This document shows positions 39,546 to 56,163 of a stretch of 64,000 bases of DNA, piece by piece (the stretch's first letter is position 1; each line of letters begins with the position of its first letter). The DNA comes from the human T2T-CHM13v2.0 reference genome, Homo sapiens. Location of the stretch: NCBI RefSeq assembly GCF_009914755.1, contig NC_060929.1; one strand, 5' to 3'. The notes beneath the pieces are model-generated. The model had not been told where the DNA came from, did not search any database, and saw only the letters and a program-made list of their open reading frames with translations. The position numbers were made by a program, and so were the translations under genes.

Positions 39546-42500
39546 ATCACTCTAATTACAACCATCAGAACAAGTGTTACCGGAGGAGTTATTAGTTAAA
39601 GCATGAGTAAACCTTTAGCAAAAGGCTAAACTAAACTTCATTTAAATCATTGCAGTATTCATCATACTGCTTCAAAACTGACTGAACTGAACTGCCCCCA
39701 CTGTATATAGTAAGACCTCTAAGCAATATACTAAAAGTAAAAAATTTGCCTGTTCACATTTTTAGCCTCCAATTTACTCTCCTTGCTTACTTAGATTTGC
39801 CCATTAAAAATTCCACCTAAAATGAAGCAAGTATGTCTGAAATCAAGGTTGAGGACCAACAGAAACTGTTAAAGCAAAACATGCAGTAAAACTTAATCAA
39901 TTCAGATTTTAGTCAGAATTTGTAACAATTTACTGGAGGAGAAAATGAACTTTTAAAAATGTCTGTGAAAAAAAAAATCAGACAAAGCAAATTTACATTA
40001 GAAGCCTGATATTGGAGGTACTAAAAATTGGGCAAGTTAAAAACAATATACATTCTTCTTAAAAATGATTCAGAGCACATGTTATTTGTTTTTATGGGTT
40101 TACATGCAAAAGGGAATGTTAACCAAAAACTAAAACTTAGCTAACATTAATGTAGATAAAGCTAGTTGGAAATATTGTATATCTCTAAAAATAGTAAAAT
40201 GAAAAGATATTATCATTCCAATTCCCAACAATAATAGACCTGGCTGGCTGTTCTCCAATTCATGATATTTTACTTTTGAGGCTCAGAATGAATTAATTTT
40301 TTTGTGAAGCTTTAAACTTTAAAACCAAACCCATACATAGCATACATATTAAAGTTCTGTTCCTAATGTGGATTTTATACAATCTGACTTAAAATATTCG
40401 ATGGAAAAGAAGCCTGTTGCCAAAGTCCACATATTTCCCCTATTAAACAGAGGTAAGCCATATCCCCAGAAACCATATTTCAAGCCCAAAGGATACTCAT
40501 GAACTAAAATAATGAATGATAATGCCTCGTTCTCTGCATTAATAATAAAGAAAGAGAAAACAGAAAACTTGATAGCCACTATCAGCTTTCTGGACCATAA
40601 ATCTCAAGTTTTGAGAATTGCTTCCCAAAAGGGTAGGGAGCAAGGATGAGTTGTGAGAGCTTCGGAGCCTAGAGATATTTTTTTAGCAAGCCAGCAAAGC
40701 ACTGACACAAATTTCTACATATCTCTGGCTGTGAAAAGTCTCATTTGTGGTGATTTATATTTCCCCATAAAGAACTCTGTAGATAATATAAGCCTGCTGT
40801 AAGGCTGTATGACAACTTTCAAACCAAGAGTTACATGACCATTTGGTGAAAATAGAGCAAGAATAGATGAGTGGGAAAGTCTGTAGAAATAGTATTTCTT
40901 CTGATGAAAGGCCCAAATGCTGTTCTTCCAGCATGCACGAGGTTCAGAGAGTAACCTTTCACTCTGTGTGTATGTATCTTGTGGATAATATTTTGGTCGT
41001 CTATTCTAGAAAGTATTATTTTTTTCCCAAAGATTGACTATGCATTTGGTGTGTGCATGCTTGTGTAATTTACAAGAAATGACACTCAGACATCATCACA
41101 CTGAAATTCAGTTGCCTTAATAAGTTACTAAGAGAAACACAGAGAATAGCATGCTGACAACCCAAAGTCAATGAAGTATAAACACTGTTATTCCAAGTGT
41201 CACTGGTGTGTTATTTCCTTTTTTCCTGGCATCTGCTCTATGTAACACTGTACACACACGTGATACAGCAGCTCATTAAACTGTTTCAGTTAACTCTGAA
41301 ACCAAATTAGTGCATTACATGTTTATAAGGCTGAGAATTACTGCTTCCCTGTGAAATTACACAATTAATCAGTTGCATTATTTCTTTAGGAGATGCAACC
41401 ACGTTTGACATTTAAGGATAAAAAGAACAATCCTTTAATTTGTTTCCATTTCACCATTGAGTCTCAGTAGGGTAAAGGAAGCAAAAGGTGACATAATTCC
41501 TCCTTTTCCCTTAGGAGGTCAGAACTCTACATGCTTCCTCTGTCTCATAATAGCATTCTGAATTCTTAAAAGCAGTACAAATAAAAATTATTTTGGTTTT
41601 GAACTTCTCGTCTGAGTGTCACAGCCTTTGAAAAATTCAGACAATGGGAAGGGTACTTAGGAGTCTTCAGTTTCTTATGGCTTTATACCGTGAATTTCCA
41701 TCAAGTCCTGATTATTGAGTAACTTTTAAGGCTCCTTTTGCAAACTTTCAAGATGGTCCCAATGTAAAAATCTATTAAGCGGTGATATCTGCTCTATTTT
41801 CCTTTTTCACAGACCTGGCATTAATTTCTCTGATTCTTTTAAACAGGAGTTAAACTAGACTCATCCTTTAGTCACTTAACAGGGCATGCATTTCCTTTTA
41901 AAATCCATGCTACTTGATCAAATAACTTGTCAACAAATTTAAAAATACTTTTCAATACCCTGTGTTCCTATGAATTGCCTCCTCCACCTTTGATTTCACT
42001 CAAACTATGTGAAGTGTGCTAGGCGAAGCCATTACCAGAAGGCAGAGGTACAGGTCTAGCTCCAACAGCACCTGAGCTGATGCTGCGTATGCATGCTCAG
42101 AAGGTTAAGAGGGCACCTGGCAGTAAATAACTGTTTTCATAAGAGGAAATTACAATTAACAGAATAATTTCCACAAGTCCCTAAATATCCTCTTTCATGT
42201 TCTTTATTTAACCTTCATTTAAGAGCCCTTGAAATTCATTCATGCTTTCCTAAAAAATGACTAGGGACAACTTGAAACAGACACAATTCCCTAAACTCAT
42301 TCTTTAAATAAAAAGGTGCATTATTGCAGCTTCACTAAAGACCTGTGGGAGTATACAAAGCGAATAGAAGGACTATTTTCAAATAGAGACCCGATATAAT
42401 TCTTAAAAAATATGCTGGCTTTCAAGGGGAGAAAATTGTTCCATTCTATTTTCAAAATAACACAAAACTTACAAAGAAAAACTAAATAGTTTTTGGTGAC

Positions 42501-43344
42501 TAAGATGTACTTTGCATCTATATCTGGGTACTTACTATCTGATTTTTGTGCCATATGTATTCTCTTCCCTTTAGAAAACGTTAAAATTTGTCGGTTTCCC
42601 AACACTGCCCTTCCACTCTTCTGTATTAATACAAGTGTGTCTTAAAACACCATGTGCTAGTACACATACTTGAAAAACTAGAGGAGGTGCACCAGTATTT
42701 GACCACAGTCCTACAGAACATTTCAGTTATAAACCTCTTCAATCTTAGAGAAGTTGATGCTACAGTAAATAATGCTAAAATAAGACTTCAGTAATCAAAA
42801 ACATTTTTCAATAACAAAAGTAAAATGCACACACACACACTGAAGCAAATATCGAGTGTTTCATTGTCAGAAAGTACATTGTACTTACAAGTCATTTCCC
42901 CTGCAAGAGTAAAAGACAATGAACAGTGAAAAAGACTACCTCCTGCTTTGATAATTGTGCCATTTTGACACTCTTCTATTTCAATAAGAAAAACTATGTA
43001 AAAAAGGTGATTGGTGTGAACTGTCCAGAGCAAAACAATTCTTAATGTAGATGACTAAAGTAAGGCACTGAAAAATCAGACATCAAGAGGAATGAAGAAT
43101 TCCTTATGCATAGTAATCCTAGCATAATGCTCCTTAAGAATATAGGAAATGGTCTTAAAACTTAATCTTTATGCATTTATGAAATTTTTTACTGAACTAA
43201 AATATCAATCTGGGATATTCAAGTTGCCTTAACTTTTCAAAAAATGCAAAACTTTTTGGACTTGGATTACTGAAGTTGTTATTTTGGCAATCAACTGGTT
43301 CCTTAAACAATATTTCATCGAGACTCAAAAATCAGAAAAGAGTT

Positions 43345-43480
43345 GTGATTATTACACCCATTTTACAGATGAAGGAATTGAAGCTCAGTGAAGTTAAGCA
43401 CATTGCCCAAGTTCCCACAGCTAGTAAGAGCACAGAAAGAGGATTCAGACCCAAAGCTACACTTAACCAGAGTCTGTGCT
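43345..43480 (-). mobile_element. MIR
   Basis: CCCATTTTACAGATGAAGGAATTGAAGCTCAGTGAAGTTAAG ... CACAGCTAGTAAG. Confidence 0.8.
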
Positions 43481-43483
43481 TTT

Positions 43484-43520
<37 letters not shown>

Positions 43521-44723
43521 AAACACACGCAAACAACAACAACCATGTTCCACTCTCTGCTTTGATGTTATGTATTCCTAGCATATTATTTTTTTAAAGT
43601 ACTAAAATACGAGGGAACTGCTGGAGAGGGTGCAGTAAAACTTGAGCCCTGTAATTTATCTGCTTTTCTAAAAAACAAAATTAGAAATTTAAAAAATTAA
43701 TTGGTTTTTTGCCATATGTGGTTTATTATGGCATTTATCCATGCAATAAATATTTCCTGAGTAACTCTTCTAGATGCTGCTTTCTGCAATTTTTCTTTGA
43801 AATATATAGCTTTTCATCAATATTATGGCTAAGCAGATTATCCATATTATGGAAAACTTGCACTTCTACGAAAAACTATATTCTGAATTCTAAACAACTC
43901 ACCTGCAAATAAGGTTTTGAAACACATCGATAGTTAAATGAGGACTTTCTTCAAATTAGTTCTGTTTTACTAGTTTTACTGAATATTCTTATACTTTTAA
44001 AAGGTTAGCCAATAACTGTATTGTACAATCAAATGATTTCTGAAGCTGATCTTGATCATTTTAATAAGATAGCCCTTAGGAACTTAGGTTACTTTGTTTT
44101 AAAAATTGTACAGTGAATATTAAAATTGCCTCATGGCTTAAGATAAAACTGTAAACTTTTAATCTAAATACCTAAAGCTGAGAATTAGCAGTTAACCACA
44201 TACATTTAAGCATCTACAGACTATAGATTTAAAAATGATGTCCATAGTAACACAGAATGTCCTAGTAATAACTCAGATATAACAAATGCTGGAAAAATTC
44301 TCTTTTAGTATCATTTTCAGAAAATGACAATTGTCTTCTTTATTATAGATCTCTCATTAAAACATACTAATTCCTGAATCAAGTGTGCAATCGTAATTCA
44401 GTCTGGATGGTGAATATTCAGGACATTTAAGGAGAATTTCTTAGAAAATGCAACTTTTCTGGTTTCTGAAGTTATCTGAGTTAAAAAGGTCAACGCTTTG
44501 GGAAGATACAGTTGAAATATCTTCTGGAGATGGAAAAGTATCCTTTGGAGAGGAAAAAATGCAGAAATATGTTTAAAATTTATCTTTCTACCATCTGATT
44601 CGGGGTTCCTAGGAAGTGTTTATAAAGTAGAATTCTCTAAACAGTAGATGATGTCAGAGTGAGTGCTATTTGTTTCTAATCTGTTTTTAAAAAATATAAA
44701 GTGTATTTTTTCAAGTATAATAG

Positions 44724-45051
<328 letters not shown>

Positions 45052-45109
45052 CTCTTCTTTTAGTTGCTTACTCACTTAACTTCCTCCCAGATCAGCTAGT
45101 TCTCATCTG

Positions 45110-45255
45110 TGTGAACCTTTTTCAAGTTACCTAACTTTTCTGGGCCTCAGTTTCTTCACCTGTAAATAGGGAAAAAGAATAGTTCTTCGTAGTGCTGTTT
45201 TCAGATGGCGCCTGGAACACAGTACATGCTATATAAATTCTAGTTATCCTTACTT
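45110..45255 (+). mobile_element. MIR fragment
   Basis: CAAGTTACCTAACTTTTCTGGGCCTCAGTTTCTTCACCTGTAAA. Confidence 0.7.
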
Positions 45256-45269
45256 ATTAAACATCTGCA

Positions 45270-45860
45270 TGTGCCAAGCAATGTAATACAGGGCAGAAAG
45301 CAGGAACAGCTGTGAACAACCTACCATAAATATATAATGTCAGGGATGATAAGTGCCTGAGGAAAAATAAAGCACAGTAAAAGTATAGAGAATGCAGAGA
45401 ACAAGGTGTTATTTTTATATAGAGAGGTCAGAGTCGCTGCCTCTTGGATAAAGACATTGTTTGAACACAGACCTAAAGAAAGTGAGAGCAAGGCACGTGA
45501 ATGCCTGGGGCAATGGGAAGCCCAGGTAGAGGGACAATAAAGTCCCCAGGTCCCGATGTAGGAGTGTACTGGATAGGAGAGGGAGGAGGGCTGGCAGCTG
45601 AGTAGCCAGAATCAGGCAGACGGTGGTAGCAGAAGTCAGAGGCCGAGGGAATCAGGGAAAGGAGTTCAACCATGGAGGACCTTGCTGGCCAGGTTAGAGA
45701 CTGTGGACTTTTGTCTGGGTGAGACAGGAAGTCACTGGAGGGCTGTGACAGAGCTCTGAGGCTGTGAGGCACTGCTCTGTCAGTGCCATGAGTGGGGAAA
45801 ACAGGAGCTTGCTGCACTGGTAGAGACCACAGATAATGATGACTTGGACAGAGCAGCTGG
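45270..45860 (-). mobile_element. L2 fragment
   Basis: Purine-rich reverse L2 pattern: AAAAATAAAGCACAG, TTTGAACACAGACCTAAAGAAAGTGAG, GACTGTGGACTTTTGTCTGGGTGAGACAGGAAGTCACTGGAGGG. Confidence 0.65.
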
Positions 45861-46388
45861 GAGAGAACTAGTTCAATAACCCTAACACGCCTCTCCATTC
45901 TGCATTTTCCCTAAAAATGTACCTTTAACTAGGATTTATTGAACATCTACTAAGCAAGGTATTGACCTGGACCACTGTACGGATGTTATCTTTTACCCTA
46001 ATGCTGCAGACCCTCAGATAAAATATAATAAAATTAGGATATTAAAGCTCCAAGAATTTCTGAAGTCAATTATAATTACATTATTTTACAGATGTAGAGT
46101 TCAAACTCCAGATGGATGAAATGATTCTCTCAAGATCATACAGCTAGTTAGGTCAAGAAAAGGACCTGGGACTCAGTTTTCCTTACTTTATAAAAGCATA
46201 TATTCAAATCAGTGTTTTATGGAATTACAAAGATAACTTATTAAAAGGATTTCCCTTTACCCCTTCTGATGTAAAAATAACTGCAAAACTTCTATCAAAC
46301 ATATTCTCATTAGGTTAATATTTAAGAGTATCATTTCTAAATTGAGTATTTTTTAAGTTTCTAAAAGGAGTATTAAAAAAAAAAAAAA

Positions 46389-46502
46389 GACAGGGTTTTG
46401 CTATGTTGCCCAGGCTGGTCTTGATTTTTTTGGCTCAAACAATCCTCCTACCTCAGCCTCCCAAACAGCTGGGACTACAGGCATGTGCTACCATATCCAG
46501 CT
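46389..46502 (-). mobile_element. Alu monomer (FLAM-like)
   Basis: GACAGGGTTTTGCTATGTTGCCCAGGCTGGTCTTG ... CCTCAGCCTCCCAAACAGCTGGGACTACAGGCATG. Confidence 0.8.
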
Positions 46503-47138
46503 AAAATGAGTATTTTTGAATTTTTTAAAATTACTGTTTCCTTTAGGAAGTCTATATAAACAACTATTGTCTTAATCAATTGACTGGCAGTTCTGCAAAT
46601 CTATCATTGATATAAATACCGCCAACTTTCTGTAATTACTTTAGTATGCCAATCTCTTACCAAAATAACTCCTGTAGATTAAAAACAGTATTTGTCAGAT
46701 TCAGAGATGGCCCCAGTCTACCTCAGCAATAATCAGCAATTATAACAACTTAATATACTGTCTGTTCCCAAGGAAAGGAGAATATAGCATAGTTATTCTT
46801 GGGAGTTAAAATAAAGGGACTAGAACTGCAAAGCATGTTTTATTTTTAAAGTAAATTGGAAACTTCATTTAGGATATTTTCAACTACCACATTTTCTTAA
46901 TTTTATAAAACTCAAAGACATTAAGAAAAAAAGAAATCTGGTTGAGGATAAGGCAAATGTTGATAAGAATCTTCTGACTCATGTCCTCTCTAAGTAATGA
47001 GGTGAATAGCTTGTTATGAAATCCTTGTCTTCCCTTCCTCCAAATCTGTGTTTGTATCTGAATTTTGGCACTCCACAGTCTTCACTATACTTAAGCCTAC
47101 TCCTAGCACCATAAAGCAGGATGGCCAAAAAGCTATAG

Positions 47139-47476
<338 letters not shown>

Positions 47477-49297
47477 AGCTTTCTTTTTTCTAGGGAAAGT
47501 AAGAAGAGATTTTAAGGCTATGAGGAGCTAAGAGGTACTGCTGTCCTAGCAAGAACATTCTGTAAAATTGACTGGTGGGCAGTGAAGCTTGTTCCTGAGA
47601 TCAGCAATAGAGCATCTTGTAACGTAGTAAGTGTGAAAATAGCTATTTCCCAATCATCTTGTTCATTCCACACACATTAGGGAAGAGGAAAATTCAACTG
47701 AGGGCCAATTCTCCCCTAAGAATCCTTTAGTTTAATTATGACCACAGTACATTAAACGTCTGTAAGACAACCATGTTAGCTCTGCTGCTCCTGACTGCAG
47801 TGGTGGAAGAGAAGAAACCCTTTCATTACTAAAAAGACAGGGAAGGATGCCTTTGCGGGTCGAAAACATGGTTGAAAATTCAATTTAACTGAACACCAAG
47901 CCACTGTGCTTCTTGTTAATGAACATCTTTTTGCTGCTAATTTTGTGCTATTTTACCTTTCATTAAAAAAAGTAATTCAAGTTAAACTCAGCTGAACAGC
48001 AAAAAGCTCTTCATATTTTGAAGCATTTTGGAACAATTACTTTGACGGAAGCCCTTGACAGTTAAATGACTCCGTTAAATGAATGTTATAGAAGTCACAT
48101 AATGATTTTTAGTGAAATATTGAATTTAACCACAAATGAGGAAAAACCAGTCATAAGCGCTATGGGTATATTTGAATAATAACATCTTGCTTATGAAGCT
48201 GAATGAATTCTATAATTTCTAATAATCAGGCAATCAACTAGTTAGTTAGTGGGTATGTTCCTCATCTTGGTGCTCTCTATTCATTTTTGATTTTTGCTTT
48301 TGCTGTTGTTTTTTTAATCTGAGAAGCCAGTAAGAAAATTTCAAAACTAGCAAGAATTTTCTCTTACATTGGTATAGTATTTTACAGTGAGACAACTAAT
48401 GAGTTGCTGTCCCACAAATGAAGTCCTCCTCTTTCCTTTTTCTCATATGCTGAATGAGATTCTTTCACAAAGTAAAAAAGCAATAAAAGTCAAGAACATG
48501 CTGCCTGAGAAGTGTGAATTCACTGTATGCCAGTGCTTCCTGCATCTGTGGGACTCAATATTCCTTTTCTTGTTTTATGGATCAAATGTGAGATAGTATC
48601 AAGGCTTTTGCATGTTTTCTCATGACTAATGACTGAAATATGTACTGAAATAATAAAACTGGTACTGTTCAATTTCCTTTTTAAATTCAATTCCAATATA
48701 AGTGACAGTTATCATTGTGATGGTGAAATCTGACTTATTATAAAATTCTGTTTTCTGGAGAAGGAGAGGAGCTAGAAATCCCTGTAGACTTAAACCGTGT
48801 AAGTTGTGAGTGGGTAGGGACATTTGGACTGAAGAAATGAGTCAGAAAAAAGAATGTTCTTGTTTGTCTGGCAAGCTGGGGTGAAAGTCGATGCTAAGCA
48901 TACTGAGTGGTATAACTTGGATCTCTACCCACTGTGTGTGGTTGCATTTCCTGATTCTTCCAAGCAGGTGAGGCACAACTTTCTCCATGTTCTCACTACT
49001 CCCTGAATTTATCTTCATCATCAGCAATTGTCGACTTATACTTTAATTGCCTATTTACATGTCTGCTCCCCAGTGAAAGGTCACTCCCTAAGAACAGGGA
49101 ATATCTTTTCATCTTGCATCCCCCAGCATTTCTCAGCTCAGATTAAGCTGTCCAATAAATGTATTTTTTAACAAGTAAACTTTTAACCTCTTCAGTTGAC
49201 AGTGAGAATACATGGGAAAGGCCAGATAGTTTAAATATAAATACTAGTTAAAGTCCAGATACACAACAAGCTGCTTAAAGTAGCTACCACCTATAAT

Positions 49298-49455
49298 CTT
49301 GCTACTCAAAGTGTGGTCCACAGTTCAGTAGCAGCAGCAGCATCTGGGAGCTTCATACATCCAGAATTTCAGGCCCTGCCTTAAGACCTCCTGAGTCAGA
49401 ATGCATTACAAGATCCCCAGATAACACTATGCACGGTGAAGTTTGAGAAGCATTT
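49298..49455. mobile_element. MER5-like hAT/Charlie non-autonomous relic
   Basis: GCTACTCAAAGTGTGGTCC ... CAGCATCTGGGAGCTT ... CTGAGTCAGAATGCATT ... AAGTTTGAGAAGCA. Confidence 0.7.
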
Positions 49456-50061
49456 ACCTATAACATATGATAGTAGGAGGTATGAAGAAGTGATGGGTAT
49501 ATAATGGAGAAGAAACAAGGCCAGGCATTCTGATTAATACAGAAGTCTACTGAGAAAGTTTTAGAGCTCTCCCAGGACAGAGTCACTCAATGCTCACAGG
49601 TCGGAAACTCGCTCATACCAGTTACCTTGGAACCCCTTCTAGACACTTCTTCACAAGTCTTTCCTGTTTAAAGACAGAGCTACTCTTAATAATTATCTTT
49701 TCTCCTTGCTGCAAAGAGAGTATTTATCGTCAACATGCTGACATGTCCAGGAGTTTTGGCTTCCTCCACTGAAAATGTGGAAGATTGAAAGGATATTGCT
49801 GACACCTGAATAAGAAATCCAATGACTCCAAGCTATGTAAATTTAATTATTTCCTTTAATTTTTTTTTCAGGAGTCTTTTTTTCTTTTCCTGAGCTTTGG
49901 AGAAGTCCTGGCAATTTTCATTTAAAAAAAATACAAGTCAGCAGTGGTTCAGTGAACAGGCTGACACGTAATTTCATAGGGGGAGACGCGCTCTGTCTTT
50001 AATCTAATTTGTGCTCTCAATTCCCAGCTAATGTATCTAGGGATCCTGATGTACGCATTTA

Positions 50062-50529
<468 letters not shown>

Positions 50530-51689
50530 TCAGTGGTTAAGCCATTCAATAATTTTGGAGCTAAAGCATCTAGTATAGTAAGTTCTTACTGAATGCCATT
50601 ATGATTTGGGGCATGGTTTGAAATGTTGCAGTTCCCAATCTAAGCCACAAAAAGCCATTTTACAGTGAGATTCCATTATATTTGTTTCAAAATATCCTAC
50701 AAACTAAGTGCTTTGCTTTCATTTTAAATATTATATTAAATATCACTCTTTCAAACTGTGGAACTCTATAGAGGTACTAGTGTGCTGTTTTCCATGTTTC
50801 CTTTCATTCTTAAAAATCATATATTAAAACAAAGTTTTTATATTTTTATAATAGTGTTTCACTTGATAAATATTTTTGAATAAATGAATGAGGAAATTAA
50901 AGAACAAATAAATGACCGAATTGTTTTTTGTTATAGTTGAGGCCATTTTCCACTTTCTATGCAAATGAGAATTACAGCCATAAAATTGGGAGAATTAGAA
51001 TCATAACATTTTACAGTTAGAAAGACAATTCCTAAAACACTTCCATTTTAGAGAAAAATAAAAAGACATAAAGATGAAGCAGTGAGTGATTGAGCCAAAC
51101 CTAGTATGGAGACTTCGGATCCCAGTTCAGTGCTTTTCTTAGATCTGCTACGTCAGAAACTTATTTTAGTGCATCTCGATTTTGATGCAGCATCTTTTCC
51201 ATACTGAGAAAACAACCCATCTAAATCAAATGGCTCTTCCCCTCATTTCTTTTAATCCCTCAACAGGTCATGTTCTAGAGCTGGGCTGGTGAGTAATGAA
51301 AGTAACAAGCCAAATGAAAATAGCCAAAACCACGGCTAATTCATCCTAGTTAAAAATGTACACACCTGAATACACACACCTCCCACCACAAACACCACAC
51401 TGTCTGCTTCAATTCTCATCTCACAAAAGTTTTGCTTATCTGTTTTAACTAATGTGTCTTTCCCCATCAGTCGAACAGTATTTCCCAAGACACAACGATG
51501 TGTGAAACAGGAACTGTTATGCATACAACTTTCTCAGTCTAAAATCATGGTGGAAAAGCGTACAAAACTCCTTTGTTTTTAGCTGGTGAGGAAATTCTTC
51601 TCTGAGCCCTCAGAAATTTCATCATAAAATTGTGTTACTGCTGAAATACAATGCTCATAAAGTCATATAATCTCCAAGCTGGACAGTCT

Positions 51690-52715
<1,026 letters not shown>

Positions 52716-53675
52716 TGTTACCATCATCAGGATATACCAAAGCATATTAAAATAAGTAAATAAAATATTAATTTTAAAATAATAGCAGTAAGAACATACA
52801 ACAGAGATAAAAATAATATGTATATTTCCCCTTTTAAAAATCCAAAAGGAAAATCATATAGAAATGTTAAATTCTGTCCTTAAATGTCAAATGATCCATA
52901 GCAACTCCACTTGACCCTTGCTCTTGAAAAGCAGCATGCTGATTTACACAAGAGAAATAAGGACAAATTCTCAGAATATTCACTTTTCAGCTAGAGGATC
53001 CCAAACTACATAACCATTTTTTTAAAAACCGAAAACACTTGGAAGTATTTATATATTTGCAATGACCACGAGTTTACTTTTTCTTCATTACTAGCAGACA
53101 ATGATTTGTCAAGATGCAAGGAAAGCCTGTGTTGCTTTTAAAAGATTTTTGAACATCAAGCTAACATCACTGCCAAAGTACAGAGAAAAGACACTGCAAA
53201 GTTCAGATAAAAGGGTGCTGGGATATGAAGCATCAGCACTCAGAGTAGCCTGACAGTTTTGGATAAGAGCCAGACAAGAACAGCAGAAGGCAATGCCCAG
53301 ATGCACTTTATATTATTATATTATTATTATAGATTTTAAAGAGATTCAAGGGGGAAGTTTTTTCTTTCCCTAAGTGTCACTCATTTTAGCTTCCACTAGC
53401 ATTTGGCACTGCTCAAAGTGAAAGTAAAAATTAAAACTGCCATTGTCTGGACCCATTCTGTTACTCCTTTATTCTGTAATTCCTTTATTCCACAACTGAA
53501 AAAAAAATGTCAGTTTCTTCATGCCTAGAAGTTTGCTCTCCTTTCCTAACTCTTACCCCTGTTAATGTTGCTAAATTTTTACTAAAGCAAACTGTGAGGC
53601 TGAAGACCCATTCTACTTTGTGTTGACCAGCTATCCCTTCTGATGACATTTTATTTTGCATGGAGTGTTAAGTGA

Positions 53676-54034
<359 letters not shown>

Positions 54035-54273
54035 ACAATTAGTATTTCTACCCTTTTAGCAGCCATACGACGAAGAAAAGATGATGATTCACTACAGAAT
54101 CAATTTACACTTTTGTTTCAGATCTTAAATTCATATAGTTTAGTAATGTACATTTCAAAGGGTGGACAATATAAATATAAAAACAATGACAAACTGGAAT
54201 TCATAAAAGGCAGCTATATAACGTACTCAAGTATAATCCAAAGAAAAGTTTAGGATCACATATGCTAATCCTA

Positions 54274-54307
54274 TTAGGTTGGTGCAAAAGTAATTGCGGT
54301 TTTTGCC
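54274..54307. mobile_element. Solitary MADE1/Hsmar1 terminal inverted repeat (half element)
   Basis: TTAGGTTGGTGCAAAAGTAATTGCGGTTTTTGCC preceded by TA. Confidence 0.88.
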
Positions 54308-54404
54308 TTAATATATCAAATCATGTTCTCTGGGTATAAAGTAGAATGGAACCATTCTTTTCTGGCCATACTGTGAAGGAGCACATAAGTATGGCTAATA
54401 TTAG

Positions 54405-54605
54405 AGTGCTTATTATGTTACATTCATTATCTCAACTTAATCTCTATTACGATGCCACGGAATAGCCACTATTATTACTACACCCATTTAAAGATGAGGA
54501 AATTGAGATTAAGAAGTCAAGCAACGTGCCCAATATTACACAACTAGTAAAGAAAAGGGGGAGGCAGAATTCAAACCCACTCTGACCTCAGAACCAAAGC
54601 TCTTC
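54405..54605 (-). mobile_element. MIR
   Basis: CCCATTTAAAGATGAGGAAATTGAGATT ... ACAACTAGTAA ... GAATTCAAACCCA. Confidence 0.75.
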
Positions 54606-54734
54606 ACTTTTCCATTTTGTGAGAGATTAAATTGCTAGAGCCAAGTCCTTAGGTCAGCACTATATTCCTCCAGAGGGACCCATTTTCATTCTTGATGAGG
54701 TTTCAGTTCTCTCCTTCATTCACGGATGCAACAA

Positions 54735-54945
54735 ATATTTGCTGCATCCAGGATCTGCTATGGGCTTTACATATGTTATCACATGAAATCCTCGAAACAA
54801 CCCTATTTTGTAGTTTTAATTAGTTTCACTTTACCAATGAGTCGAGGACATTCAGAGAGGGCATTGTCCAACTTTTTATAGCTAATAAATAGCAGAGTTA
54901 GGATCTGAACTCAAGTCTTACATGGTTCTGAAGCATATTCTTGTC
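54735..54945 (-). mobile_element. MIR (degenerate)
   Basis: GCTTTACATATGTTATCACATGAAATCCTCGAAACAACCCT ... GCAGAGTTAGGATCTGAACTCAAGTCT. Confidence 0.6.
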
Positions 54946-55738
54946 CTCCTAACCACAATGGTTCCAAAGCTTCACCAGCTGTAGTAACGACCCTCTTAAG
55001 AGTTGGGTTACCTTTATATTTACACTGGTCTTCTAGCAGAGCATTGCAACAAGGTGTCCCAGCCCTACTGTCTCCTCCATGAGGTTTGTCCCAAACTCCT
55101 AAACTGGAAAGCTGAGGGGTGTGTCAACATTTAGAATAAGCCTCAGATTGCAGGGTTAGCTCCTGACTCATCCTTTCACAGAATAACATGTTGTTAAGCT
55201 CAGCAGCCATTCACATAAAGGAATCTTTTTTCCATCAGGAAGCAGCTTTCATGAGCTCTAGCTCATATTAAAAGAGGAAACTGACATCTAGGAAGACTGA
55301 TTCTGCATGCCAATATTTACAAATGCCATGGGTAACACAGCCATTGCTTTAACATATTTGTACATTTCTTGGAAAATTTCTTGTAAATGTCTTCTCTTTA
55401 TGTCTTATCCTTAATTCCATCCATTGTATCAGCAGTTCTATACCTCTATCTGAGATCACCACATAATTTTAACTATAAGAATTTCTGGCTGTACACCAAG
55501 CCAGCAATAATTACAATACAATCTCTACTAAATTATCACAGTGCTTCACAATCTAAAAGCATGCTCAGTTACCATACTTAGAAAAGCAATTGTGTTTGAG
55601 TAAAACAATTACGGCCCTGCCTGTTTTCACAGTGTAAAAGTCTCAAGAGTCAAGAAACATCTCATATGCATAAAAAGATGGTCCCTGCTCCCCAGAAGGC
55701 TGCATGGCCACTTAGGTCAATGTTCTGTGCAACATAAA

Positions 55739-56163
55739 TAGTTGACCCTTGAGCAACACGGGTTTGAACTGCATGGATCCACTTACACGTGGACTTGCTT
55801 CTACCTGTGCCACCCCTGAGACAGCAAGACCAATCCCTCCTCATCCTCAGTCTACTCAATGTGAAGACAAGGATGAAGACCTTTAGGATTATCAACTTCC
55901 ACTTAAAAAGAGTAAATATATTTTCTCTTCCTTATGATTTTATTAATAACATTTTCTTTTCTTGAGCTTACTTGATTATAAGAATATAGTATATATGTTT
56001 AACATAGAAAATATGCATTGACTGTTTATGTTAATGGCAAGGCTTCCAAGCAATTGTAGGCTATTAGTAGCTAAGGTTTTCAGGAGTCAAAAGTTATACC
56101 TGGATTTTCAACTACATGCAGGGCCAGTGACCTTAACCTCCCACATTGTTCAAGGATAAACTT
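55739..56163 (+). mobile_element. Tigger2a-like DNA transposon relic
   Basis: Left TIR AGTTGACCCTTGAGCAACACGGGTTTGAACTGC, degenerate right TIR TTGTTCAAGGATAAACT, about 425 bp. Confidence 0.82.
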
